DNA of 64,000 nucleotides from Vicugna vicugna (lineage: Eukaryota). A program made the translations under genes and the position numbers. This document shows, piece after piece, positions 1 to 12,999 of the stretch. The stretch covers positions 1,755,339 through 1,819,338 of the forward strand of contig MU061538.1 of the NCBI GenBank assembly GCA_013265495.1. Direction: 5' to 3'. Numbering within the stretch: the stretch's first letter is position 1; each line of letters opens with the position of its first letter. The notes under the pieces are model-generated. The model saw nothing but the letters and a program-made list of their open reading frames with translations. It had not been told where the DNA came from and did not search any database.

Positions 1-2809
1 GAGAAAATGGTCACAATTTTAGAAGTCTTTAAAGAGCGCATGGCAGTCACAGCTGGCTTAACCCCTCCTCTGCTCTGATGGCCCCGACTGCCCATCACCC
101 CTTCCAGAGCTCCACGTCCACACACCGTCTGAGCCGACTGGAGGAGCAGCTGTGCCTCATTCTAATCTGACTCCTTAAGGAACATCTAACTGTGTAAATA
201 AGACTTACAAGATAGTGAAACCTCTAGTTGGAGAAACTACAAAGTCAAGTTAGACAACAGAAAATCCCGCAGTTTAGTGATCGAACCACCCAGACGTATT
301 AGCAAAACACACTGAGACCAGGGCAGGGAGAGGGTCCAGGGCCAGGAGGATGTGAAAACGGGCGCCTGGAGGGGTGGGGGCTGTGGTCCTAAAGTCACCC
401 CTCACAGCCACACCTGCTGCCACCAGCTCCCAGCCCAACGCAGCCAGGAAGATGTGGGTCCAAGTTTGAAAGCTCCTTGCATAAAATTATTGGTTTACCT
501 CTGACCTGAAGCCGGCTCTTTTCACTCAATCCATCCTCTTCTGCCGAATCTAAGACCTGATAAAATCTCGCTCAGAAAAATCAATCACCCCAGGTTGTGT
601 CTATGTGGCACCAAATCTGTCTCTGAAAACCAAGAAAGACAGTCTGTTCCAGGGACTCAGATGTTTGCCGCTCTGAAGACACAGACACCCACACGCGTTT
701 CTTTTCAGTGCGGTGGGCAGAGGATGAAATGTGGGAGCACACTCTGCATATTAACCTAACAGTTCAGCACAAGAATAAATACTGTCTGGCCTTGAATACC
801 ATCATAGTAAAATGTATTATTGCCCGTGGAACTACTCAGATGGTGTTATGATGCTGGAAGCCAAAAGATGACAGCAGAATTGAACTACTGCCCAAAAGCA
901 ATTACTGATTAGAATTGATTATTTCTACAAAGAAAGGTGACCGACGGATTCGTTGTCACATTACAGCAGATTCGGGCAAAACTGCCACAATTGTTCAAGG
1001 GCCAGAGCTGCCCAACGGTAGATGGGAACAGAGAACATCAAGACAAGGATTCCTCCGGATGCGCGGCCATAAACTGGAACTTGACAGAATGCTGATGCCA
1101 CTGCTGGGCTCTCCCAGCTCATCCTGGAAAGACCCCATACTCCAGCCCGCTTCCGTCAGACGAAGTCACACCAGCCTGTCATGACACCCAGAGGTGAGTC
1201 AGTAGTGTTTAAAAGCAAGCCACGCTTCTGCTGTGGCTGCTGCTTCGACGGGGAATTATAAAAATACAGGGCTCACTTAAACACACGCTAAGTTAATGGG
1301 CAGTGATGCGGCTGAAGAGCTGGCGGTGCAGGCGCGCCTCACTGGATTTGCCTCATTACACGTCTTACTGCCCCTTTCATAGCACTGCTGCCTCAGGTCT
1401 GTGAACTTCATACCTACTTCTTCCCTAATCGCTGAATCAAAACGCCACGTGATCGCTCCGGCGTGCAACCTTACAGCTGCTCCCAAGCACATCGACGCCT
1501 GCATCCTGTGGAGGGACGGCTCTCCCAGCCTTTCCGTGGTGGCATTTTAAGACCTGAAGGTGAACATTCTTGACCAATCTGATACAAAAGATCCCCCCGG
1601 CCACTCCACCACCTCCCACCCCACCCCTCCTGCACCAAACAAAGCACAACAAAGTCAGGGCATAAATACATCAGGGTAAGAAAGAGCACACGGACACAGC
1701 ATCCAACACGGCCCGCCGGCGGCGAGGGGCGAGAGATGCCACGACAGCCGGGCGCATACTTGGCCTGCTCCCAGGGCACGGGGACTGAGCGGTTACCATG
1801 GCGGGATGGGGCCAGAGGGAGGGCTCCAGAGGGCAGGCTTTGTCTGGGCGCTGCTCAAACAGAGAGCTGGGATTCAGTCTGTTGGTTTGTGTACTTTGGG
1901 GTGAGCCGTCCCCACGCTGAAAAGGCCGAGAGGAGCAGCGTTGGGCTCGTCTTGATCTCATGCCTTCGGGTTTCTCTTGGCATCCCGGCGCTCCCCCTCC
2001 TCCGGGCCCTCCCCGCCTTCCCGTCCGTGGAAACGAGGGGCACTCAGCACCCTCCGGGGGGGACGCCAGTCGGGAGCCTCCCTCCTCCGTGGAGGGACGC
2101 CCCAGGCCCCAGGCCTGAGTCAGTGCAGAAATCGAACGAGGATTCTCTGCACGGAAAAGGGAATTCCTCGAAGTGCGGTGCGAGGCCTGGGCCCTGAGAC
2201 ACTCCAGCAGCTCAAGCTTCTGAAGAGTAAGAGGTGAGCCCCAGGTGACGGAGCGCAGACCCAGCCAGCGCCCGAGCTGCAGGCGGGAAACGGAAGAGCT
2301 GAGAGTCAGAGAGCCGAGGGGCTCCGGGTGAAGTCGTCCAGGCTCTCCTTAGACCTCAGGCTCCTCGCCTGTCAAATGGAGCCAACCCCGCGGGGCCTAC
2401 CTCCACCTCAGGGTGTCGCTGGGGGGGCACACATCCCTCCCCAGGATGCCCTCTGAGACCCCTCTGTCCTCGCAGAAGCCCCACGTCTTCAGAGCTGGGG
2501 GCTGAGGAGGGACCGCCCTCCGTGCAGCGGCTCGAGAGGCTGTCCGTAAGAGGAAGGGGCCTGGGGTGAGGAAAAGGACCCTGCACAGCAAGTAAGGTTA
2601 TTGAAATTGACTCCACTTGGCCAAATGTCCTTTCTGTCAAACCACAGAAGTGACCCAAGGCCAGCCCCCTCTGTTTAAAACCGTTACCTGACATGACACC
2701 CAGCTGTCTTCGGCGCACGTCACGTGGGTGGGTCAAACAGGGAGGCGCTCCCGTTCAACACGAAGCCACTCCAGGCCGGGCACCATCACTCACCTTGCGA
2801 CCCTCTGGC

Positions 2810-2915
2810 CTCAGCCTTCACTCCACTCCACAGACGGGGAAATGTGCCCAGAGAGGTGAAGAGACCTGCCCGAGGTCACACAGATGGCGGGTGTCAAAGA
2901 GGGCCCAGGCCCAGC
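2810..2915. mobile_element. MIR fragment
   Basis: acagacggggaaatgtgcccagagaggtgaagagacctgcccgaggtcacacag, a MIR core. Confidence 0.65.
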
Positions 2916-4094
2916 TCAGCCCCCTGGCACGAGCCACACTCCGGAGCCCTTTGGGGGCTCCTCTCGGGGTCGTGGGCTCACAGCCAAAAGACGACGTGTT
3001 GGAACTGGAGGCGAACCTCCACCCCGCAGGCCATCTGGGGCCAACTCCGTGGTCACAGCAAACCCAGCCTTTCCGGCAGGAGAGAATCTGCCCAGACCCT
3101 GAGCCTGGCATTTGAGGTTCCTGTCACTTGCTTGCTTTGTTTTGCCTTTGTTACTTTTTGAGCAGCAACTACCAAAGAGCATTTCACAGCACGTCACCAG
3201 TTTACCTGACTAATTCGTAAGAAATATCTGTCAACTGACAGACACTTGTCACGCATCTTCTAACCTGGAGCTCATACACCCTGACAGCTCTTCTGGAAAT
3301 CAGCAAATGTGTTGAGGACACAGATAGTGACCCCGATGACGAAAGCTAGATGACAACACCCGAAGGTAAGTAGGCTCATGAGCTGTCACACAGAGGCCGT
3401 CGGCGTGACTCCGAGTGTGAGACACGCTGACGTCTGGGGGCCCACAGGTCGAGATGAAGGGAGATAGGTAGGCTCCATGGAGGACAAGAGGCTACACCTG
3501 GCCCTGAAGGTGGACACTGAGCCAGAGAGCAGAGTGGATGGAGAAGTTCATGGGCTCGGTCATGGGCCAACTGTGGGTCCTGCAAGATGGGGCGTGAGAC
3601 CCACGTGCAGGGGACAGAAATGCAGGAGAAGAGTAAATCTGGAATCTGCCATCTCTAAGTTAATCAAATGAGCGCCATTTATGATTAAAGACCCCAGGAC
3701 TATGGGCTGCAGCTCTGGGGGGAAGGAGAGACCCCCAGATCTCAGTAGGGTGTCCTGTGGGCTCTGTGGCCTCACCTGTGACGTGAGCACGATGCCTCCA
3801 GGCCTCGCCAGCACCCAGGTTTGCCGGGGCTCCGGTGAGGTCACGGGTGGCCGGCAGGTCTGCACACACACACGAAGTGTTTTCACGACACCATGGATTC
3901 GGGCAGAGCACCACCGGGACATGGCTTCTGCGCTTGGAGCGAGAGACAACAAAATGCGGCAACAGAAACCCCAGCTCCAGGATCCGCGCTGCTGCCTCCC
4001 ATCCCAAGAGGAAACAAGGTCACCCTGACCAAGAGTTCACCTGAGAGGCCAGGGGAGCTTGACTTCCTACTGCAGAGCTAACACTTCATCCATC

Positions 4095-4500
4095 GGCGGT
4101 GGATTGGACTGGGGCCAAAAGACCAGTTCAAGGCCAAGCCGGTATCTCCCAGGGTGGCCTTACTGGGAGACAGGGTCTTCACAGAAGGAATCAGTTCAGA
4201 TGAGGGTGGGGCACCAGCCCAGTGACTGGTGGTGTGCTAAGAAGAGGAGAGACACACAGACACACAGAGAGGAGACGGTCGGTGATGCTGGAGGCAGAGG
4301 CTCGAGTGATGCGTTTAGCCCTAAAATACGAAGGTTTGCCGGCAACACCAGAGGCTAAGAGAAAGATGGGGAAAGAGCCCTCCCTGGCACCTGCAGGCGG
4401 AACACAGCCCTGCCGACACCCTGAGCGCAGACATCGGGCCTCTCTGAGCCAAGACAGGGCACAAACTGGTGCCAAAGTAAACACACTTGGAGGCCCAGTG
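4095..4500 (+). mobile_element. MaLR (MLT1-like) solo LTR
   Basis: MLT1 hallmarks: gggtcttcacaga…agatgagg…aagaagaggagagacacacaga…ggaggcagag…caccagaggctaagaga…cagccctgccgacaccctg. Confidence 0.75.
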
Positions 4501-7500
4501 GCCAAAGTGGTTGGTGAGGCTTCCAGACGATCTGTCCTTCCCAAGCGATGGGACCCCGGCCTCGGCAGAGATGAGGCCAAGGAAGGACCAGGGCTAACTT
4601 AGCTCTGGGGAGTCCTGTTGTCTGCCTGGATCTGCGTACATGTAAGCTGTTTGCACCAGTAACCTGTTTGCAAAACAAAACTGGAATCAGCAAGAGCTGC
4701 AGTCTGGCAAGAAGGAAAGGAAGGGGCGGTGTCCCACCACAGCAACGGGCCGTGTATCCGACCGCCTCTGCTCTCCATCCTGCAGAAGGATAGCCCCCAA
4801 AGCTGGGTGCTACTCCCTCCCCCACGGGGCCGATCAAAGGCCCTGGAGACCCACGTGCTGTCACATGGCGCACAGAATGCAGAGCAGCAGTAACAGCGGA
4901 CTTGGAGATGAGGCAGGCTTTGGAAGTCCTGTGTCTGAGAATATCTGTCATTATGAAGCAGTGCTGGCCCTCTCCAGGGCCCCCTCCAGGTGAAGGTCCC
5001 AAGTCCTAAAACAGAAGCAGAGAAGCCAGCCAGGGAAGACTGCTCTTCTTTAAAGGTTTCTTTCATGCTGTTCTGTCTTCTTTTCCACAGTCATCTGAGA
5101 AATTGATAATTCAAGGATTCATAGAAACAGTGTCCTTGAGCGTGCCTAACCTGAAGCCCAGGTTTCTGTCCACAGCTCAGAGGCCAGCCTGGAAATGCAA
5201 CTTTGCTGGGTATCTCTCTTGGGACACAGGAATGCAGAACCTGACACTTGGAGACTGAGGTCAGTCTGGTCCACTTTGGTAAGTGGCCTTGGGCATTGCC
5301 ACCTGCTGCACACATGTGCTGGCACCAGCCTGGCAGAGACATTGAGCGTGCCACACTCTGACATGGCGTCCCTAAGCAAGAACTCTGCACTGAGTTCCTC
5401 GGCTGGGTGGGGGGCCATGGGGCCTCCAGGGAAATGGTCCTCTTCTGTCCCAGTGAGCACACCCTCCAGGCTTCAGGGTGCACACAGGCAGGCTCAGCCC
5501 TCCTGCACCGCCCCTGAGGGTGGCTTCTGTCTTCCCCCCAGAAATTCCTCACCCAGGCCTTCTTGTTAACACCCGCCAAATGTTCCGGTAATGTGACAAC
5601 TCCCAGGGAGGGGCCTGTAGAATTACTAATGTCCCAGCAGCTTTTGCCCAGGTGAGCGCTTGCACCCTCAGTCTCCCCTCCTGCGCCCTCTCCCGCCTCC
5701 TGGAGCCTCCTCTGCCCCAGCCCTGCCCCTCCTTCTGATGCCTCTGTGTTTCCAGCTCTTGCCTGTGCACCTTAGAGGGACGTGTCATCCTCTTTCAAGA
5801 CAGCAGAGAAGGGAATGCTCTCTGGGGGGAGGGTGGGTCTGGGAAAGAGCGGACGCGCCTGCATGGGGCTGCCGGCCTATCTCAGAGGCCAGACAAGTGG
5901 GACCCCGAGGGCCTCCCTGACTCCACATGAGGCTGGTGCTGGAGCAAGTGTGCGGCAGAGCCAAAAGTTCCCTGGGAAGCCAACGTGAACCAGAGGTGTA
6001 TCTCCGGGGAGGGGTTGAAGCATCCAAGGGACGCAGGACACACCCAAGGGGCCAGGAGGGGTGCTCACAGCAGGGCAGCCGGGCCCGCTTGAGTCTCCAT
6101 CTCCCACCAGAGAGACTGTTCAGTGAGCGTGCTCGATCCTCCTGAGGGCAACATCGCGGACTCACAGCGCTGAAGGCCGTCACTTAATTCAGCCCACACT
6201 TTTGCAAATAGGAAACAAGGGTCAGGAGTGGTCAGGGCACTGGCCAAGAGGGTGAGAGCAGAGGAGGGCAGCCCTGGAGCCACAGAGGTACCGGCCTGCC
6301 GGGACGCGGGAGCCGTGCCCCTGCCTGGTGAGTCTGTGCGTCTGTCGCTCCTGTAGAGAAACGGCCTCCGTGTTTCTGCGAGTCAGCACTGCATCCCTTC
6401 TTTATTCAGAAGAAGACGTTTGGACTGAAGTTGCTCAGATGATGTAAGCACTCTGCCGGCTGCCAAGAAGGGTCTCAGCCACCCTCCTTTGGAGCAGCGG
6501 AAGAGCGGAGACCGCCAGCCAAGGGCACTCCCAGCCCAGGCGGGAGGAGAAAGCACTCCCTGCCCGCGGAGACAGGGGGCCCGCCCCTAGAATGCCCACA
6601 GCCCAGGTGCCCCAAGCCCAGCTCCAGGGCCCCCGCTAACACATCAGCCCCCGGTTCTGGGGACCCCCTCCTGGGCTCACACACACTCACACTCACCCCT
6701 CACCATCCTCCCCAGTTCCCAGAGAGGATCAGAGACTCGCACATGTTCAGTCCTCCAGCCCCATCGTGTGAGGCTCTGTGGGCTTCACTCCAGGTCCACC
6801 AGCCACAAGGACCCAGACACAGACAGACGTTCCATGAGGACAGGGGCGTCCTGGGGAGGCCCCGGCCCCCCTCCCCCGCCCCACCCCCTGAGCTGCCATG
6901 GGAGCGGCAGGAGTGCGACCGGCACTGCCGGCTGGGTTTCCCTCTCCGTGAGCAGCTCCCTGCTGACCCTAACGTGCAATGAGCATTTACTGTATCAACT
7001 TGCCCAGGGGCATCTGCGTCTTAACTAGGTCCAGAAAGTTGAGGAATGACCGTCTCCTGGTGGAATTTCCAGGTAGCTGTGGGACAGGGAACAGCATCAA
7101 GGAGCCGGGATCAGAAGAACTAGATCTGAGACCAGATGGCTCCCTCGTTTCGTGGGCATGAGGCCGGCTCCCTGCACTGTGCTTTGTGTCCCACCCACAG
7201 ACGTGGACCGAGAGTCCCTGACGATGGCCATGAAACCAATTTGAAACTGTCAGGGCCACACACATCTAAGGCATCATTAGACGCCCACGGCTCAAAGTGA
7301 ATGTTAAGCGACTCAACAGAGCTGAATGGGCTGGAGAGAGGGATCTGCACAAACCCCAAAAGCTGCACATGAGGCTGAATGTGCCTGCCCCCCCAAGCCC
7401 CCCAGGCCCAGCGTGGCTCCTGGCTCACAGCCGGGCGGTTGCTCTGCAGGTCAGTCTCCGGCCATGCCAAGCCCAACCTGCTGGAGGAGCAGCGTGGGCG

Positions 7501-10500
7501 AAGGAGACTTGGGATGTGGCCGTCCTGGGGAGACGCGTGACGCAGCTCTGGGGGCTCCATGTGCCATGGGGAGCCCCCTGCCCCTCAAGACACACACAGC
7601 CCCCTTGGGTGTGCAGCAGTCCGACCCACTAGCACTCCCCAGGTCTGCCGAGCAGAACCAGCAAGAATAAAGGCTGGAATCACAGGTCCTCTGGATGGAA
7701 GGGGCCTCGATGTCATGCACACTCCCGCTTCAGAGAATGGCTGAGGCCGGGAGGAAGCCCGGGCCGACCCCCAGGGACGATGCAGTGAGTGGCTGGGGCG
7801 CCCTGCCCGCCCATCACCTCGCAGGGTCCTCTCTCCACTCTCTCCACTCTGCTCTGCTGAGAAACGCAGCCCGAGTGGACATCGTTGCCCCGCTGGCCCC
7901 TGGTGCCAGCACAACCAGGGTGGTGGCCTCTTCCCCAGCCACTGCCATCACTGCCACCGTGGGCTTGCAGCGCAGTGGGGAGATGCATGCAGGGAGGCCC
8001 GCGGCTGCACAGGGCCCTCGCCGGCATCAGGACAGAGAGGAGAGCTGCTGGTCACCTGAGTGAGGACTCCAGTCATGAGCAGGAGGGTGCATCCTGGGCC
8101 TCCTGGGCCATCTGCTCCCTGGGGCTCTGGGAAGCTGGAGACTCCTCCATCGGGTCCAGGGATCTGGCGAGGAACGCGGGTTTGAGAGAGCGGTGCTGAA
8201 GGGCCGCATCCGTCCAAAATTCAGACAGGGCCCTGCCTGGCAGTCACTGGGAGAATGACAGAGATTCAATTTGCCAAAACTGGGACCAAATCAGACAAGA
8301 ATTGAAACTGGATGATTGGATGGAAAGAGCCTGAGTGAAAGTATCAGGAAGAAAGTCAAAGGTGGGGGGTTGGGGAGGAGGGGTGCTGAGCTCCGAGCTC
8401 TGACTCAGGGCCCGGGGTCCTGGACAGCCCTGGAGCTGGGTGGGAGGCCAGAGCCCCAGCTGCAGGGCCCAGCGGGTACCAGTCTGGGAAAAGGGTAATA
8501 GGGGACTGCGAAAGCTAATGAGGGGGTTGGGGAGGATGACCGAGTTGGCTCACCTTGCTTCCAGGGGCTTCCCAAGCTGGTCTGCATGCATTTCCCAAAC
8601 CTGCAGAGCCAGAGCCTGAAGGCAGAGTGAGGAGGCCATCTAGCGGCGGGGGTGGTGGGGAGGCAGGGGCCGGGCCCTGGAGGTGCCTCCTGGGGGGCGG
8701 GGGCAGAAGACAGGCAGTCACCTGTCCTCAGCAGGGGTGCTAGTGAGGGATGGAGAGGTGCAAGGATGGAGGGAGGGGTGAGGGATGAATGCAGAGGACC
8801 TCGGGAAACAGGGGCAGAGCCCAGACAAATTAGAATTGGATCCTGGGGGTGTCCTGGGGTATCTGGCCAGGTCAAGTGGAGGCTAGGGTTTGGAATCTCT
8901 GACCTGCACAGGGAGGGGCCCAAATTCTCTGGAGGGGGAAAGGCAAAGAGAGGGAGCCATCTGGCGTCTGGAGGTGGAAGCCGCCCGCCCGTGTTGGTGT
9001 CTGGGCAGTGGGGAGAGGGTGGGATGACAGGAAGGAGAGGAGGGGGAGGCCTCGGCGTCCCTTCTCGGGGTAGCTGGGCTGGTGTCCTTGTTTCTAAGGT
9101 AATAAATACAAACTGGGTTGATTCTTGTCCAGATTCCCCAACCCAACCCACCCCATCCCCCCTAAAAAACACATCAGGGTCCGGCCCTCAGAATTAAGGT
9201 GTCAGGGACAGTTTATGGTCCATCCCTATTTCATTCTCAAGGATTGGCCAGTTCCTGGGCAGGCGGCCCTGGCAGGTTCTGGGGGTGTCCAGAGCTGGTG
9301 GTGAGATGGACAGGGAAGTGGCTTCGGCCCACCCCTGGAGCAATGGAGTAAGGAGGCCTGACAGGCTGGGGACCTCCCTCTGCCAGGGAGCGCGGGGCCG
9401 GGCGTGTGCCCTGGAGGGAGCTGAGCACGCAGTCCCCGAGTCTGCCCAGCTGCAGGGATCTCACTGCAGCTCAGGCTTCGGCTCCTAAAGCGCCAGCGGT
9501 GCTCCCGGGGGCGCCTGGCCAGTCTGAGGTCCCTGCACCTGCGGGATTGCGGGCAAGGATCCCTGTGCACACGGAGGTCACACCAGGTCCAGCGTCTCGG
9601 GCTGGGGCTGCGGGGTGGAGACCCGGGTGCTACGGCTCTTTCGCCTTTGCCTGAGCGGAAAAGGACTGGCAAAAGGGAGGGGGCTGGGGCATGATGCCAT
9701 GCGGGGGAGGGCACTCAGGAGGCTGGGGCGTCCCCAGGGCCCGGGGCTTCACAAGACCACCCTGCCCAACAGCATTACAACCACACTTGCTGTGCGCCGC
9801 CCACCTCTAGCAGGCCCACTCTTCTGGGTACGTGGCGGAGTGACCTCCCTGCACCGGCTCCACTGGGAGGCCGTGATGAAGTTGGGGTGATTCTTCGCAA
9901 ATCACAGACTAGAAAAAGCAAGTGTGGGGGAGGGGAAACAGCGGAGCCCTGGTGACGCGCAGTGTCTGCAAGGCCCAACCACAGGCTCTAAGTTGTCCCC
10001 TTCCTCACTCCCCCCTCAAAAAGTTTGTCTGCACGGACCCTCTGCTGGACTGCAGCAAATGCCCCATTGTTTCAAGGATGGAGCCTTCAGACCTGGCCTC
10101 TACTGCTCCCCTTGGCCAGGCTGGGGCCAAGGGAGAGCGCTTCGCTTCCCAGAGTGACAGCCAGGTCTGACCTGGTCCAGTCCACACGGAGAGCTCTCAC
10201 TGCCTCGTCCTGTTCCGGAGCAGCGACTGCGTCTGAGTGAGATGGCCAGGGCAGAGAAGGGGGTTGGCATATTCTGCAAAGAGGGGGACTCTCAGATTTT
10301 CTTTTTCTGGTTTAAATAAGACTTTAGCTAGTTTCTTACAGAAGTGCAGGAACTGGGACTCCAGCATCACCAACTCCAAGTGCTGTGCCCTCTCCTGTAC
10401 TCCCTTCCTCTGCTTGTTTCCCTGGGGCTCTGCGCCGCCTCGGGCTCCAGCCCCCAGGCCCCTGCGGACCGGCCTGCTGAGCGCCGTGAGAAGCCAGCTC

Positions 10501-11289
10501 GGCATGGTGTGGAAGGAGTCTGAGCTCCACATTCAGCTCATCCCTGGCCTGCACTTTGCTCCGATCGATTGAATCATGGGGGTGGTGTGTGCACAGCCTT
10601 GCCCACTCGCCGCTGCCCCCAGGCGCAATGGGCCTCCGCCCACCACACAGGCACCAGCACCAGCCCCCTTCTCTGAGCTGGGGTGCAGCCCTCAGACCCG
10701 CTGGGCCCAGCCAGCTGGACCGTCCTCAGCTCACCCTGCACCAGCCCCTGAGCACGCCTCCATTCCACTTTCAGAGAGTTAAAAATAATGCATTAATTGA
10801 AACACCATAAGGAGCAGTATTTTCAAGTTTTTCTAAGATGCTTAAAGCACTTCAGATAGCACGGCCAGCCGGTCAGGCTGAGGTGCCTGGAATATTCCGG
10901 AGGGGGCATAGACCCTCTTTCTTTAAAATGCAGAGAGACCTGGCCTGCAGGATAAAGTCTCTGGGAAAACATTTAAATAAGACCTGGGCAGCTTGGCCCC
11001 TCAAACATTTGAGAGAATATTTGTTTGATGATGGAACCTGGGGTGGGGGGTGTCTAGACTGTCCTTTAAAAACTTAAGTTGGTGTTAACTGAAGCACCTA
11101 CCATTCTGGAGGAAGGGAAGGGGGTACAGGAGATGTGCACAAAGCAGGGGGGAACCGATGTTACCCTAAGGAACCTGCCTCCTCCCTCCCTCCCACCTTT
11201 GTCTTAGTAAAGATTTTTTTTTCCTTTTAACTCGAAGCCCTCAGGTGAAAATAAAGCAACAGCAGCTACAGAAAAAAAAAATTAGTCTT

Positions 11290-12051
<762 letters not shown>

Positions 12052-12999
12052 TAACCATGCAGTTCAGTCTGTTTGCTCTGGAGGCAGGTAGAAAGGCGAT
12101 TTTACCCTCTCCTTCCCCACCCACCTGCCTGCCTCCCATCCCTTCCTCTTCCTGGCGGGGAATGGAGGTAAAGGGTCTAGCTGGAGAAGTTTAGGGTGGG
12201 GGTGGGGTAGGGACGGGAGGAGATGTGGTCCATAGATGGCCCTGATTTGATGTGTCCTGCTGGGATGGCCTTCCCATCCTGCCTCAGCTCTGGCTTGTAA
12301 CTTGGGGAGACCTTCACTTTGGGGGCATCTGTCCTCTCCAAGTTGGGAGCGGAAATGGAGGGAGGGGGCAAGAGTCCCCCCTAAACATAAAGTGGTGTCC
12401 AGGTCACCGTGCAAGTGTAGCCTCGTCGCTTACACGTTTCCCTTCTCCTCTGTGCTGCTCTTTCCCACCACTACCACCGCACTGCAGCCCCCCACCAAAG
12501 ACCCTCAGCTGGGAACGGCAGGAGGCAGTTCTGACAAAAGGTCGGGGCTCCAGAGGCGGCTGGGCTGGTCCCTGAGCGGATCGCATGTCTCCGCTGCGAT
12601 CCCATCGCTGGCACTCGTGCCCGTCAGAGTGTGAATGTATCGATATTTCTTTAAGGATGCCCTCTCGTTCTCCCGAGCCCGCGGTACTTGAGGGGAGGGA
12701 CTTAGAACTTACTGGCATTGCATCACGCTAGTTTTCAACCTGCTTGCATAGGAATTAGGAGCAACTACATACTAGCGGGAGGGGAGGGGGCTGGAAAGCA
12801 GAACCAAAGCAAAACAGGAGCCCCTCTCTCCCCCTGGCCTCCGTTTGAGACTTCTGGCTGCCAATCTCCCCGCCAATGATAGACTTTCTGAAACTCCATG
12901 CACTGTAACTGAAGATGGAAATGGATTTCCTGGCAAATATAGGTCAACATCCTTTTTATTGCCCTATTAAAATACTCAAGTCCTACCTTCAGGGCTAGG

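Noticed and set aside
1573..1590. Minus-strand peptide LLYQIG, identical to part of the missing SHH C-terminus
   Set aside because: Only 6 aa, on the opposite strand and ~19 kb upstream of the junction. The flanks (GRGD…QECS) do not match HWYSQ…TWLLD, so it is a coincidence rather than a displaced exon.
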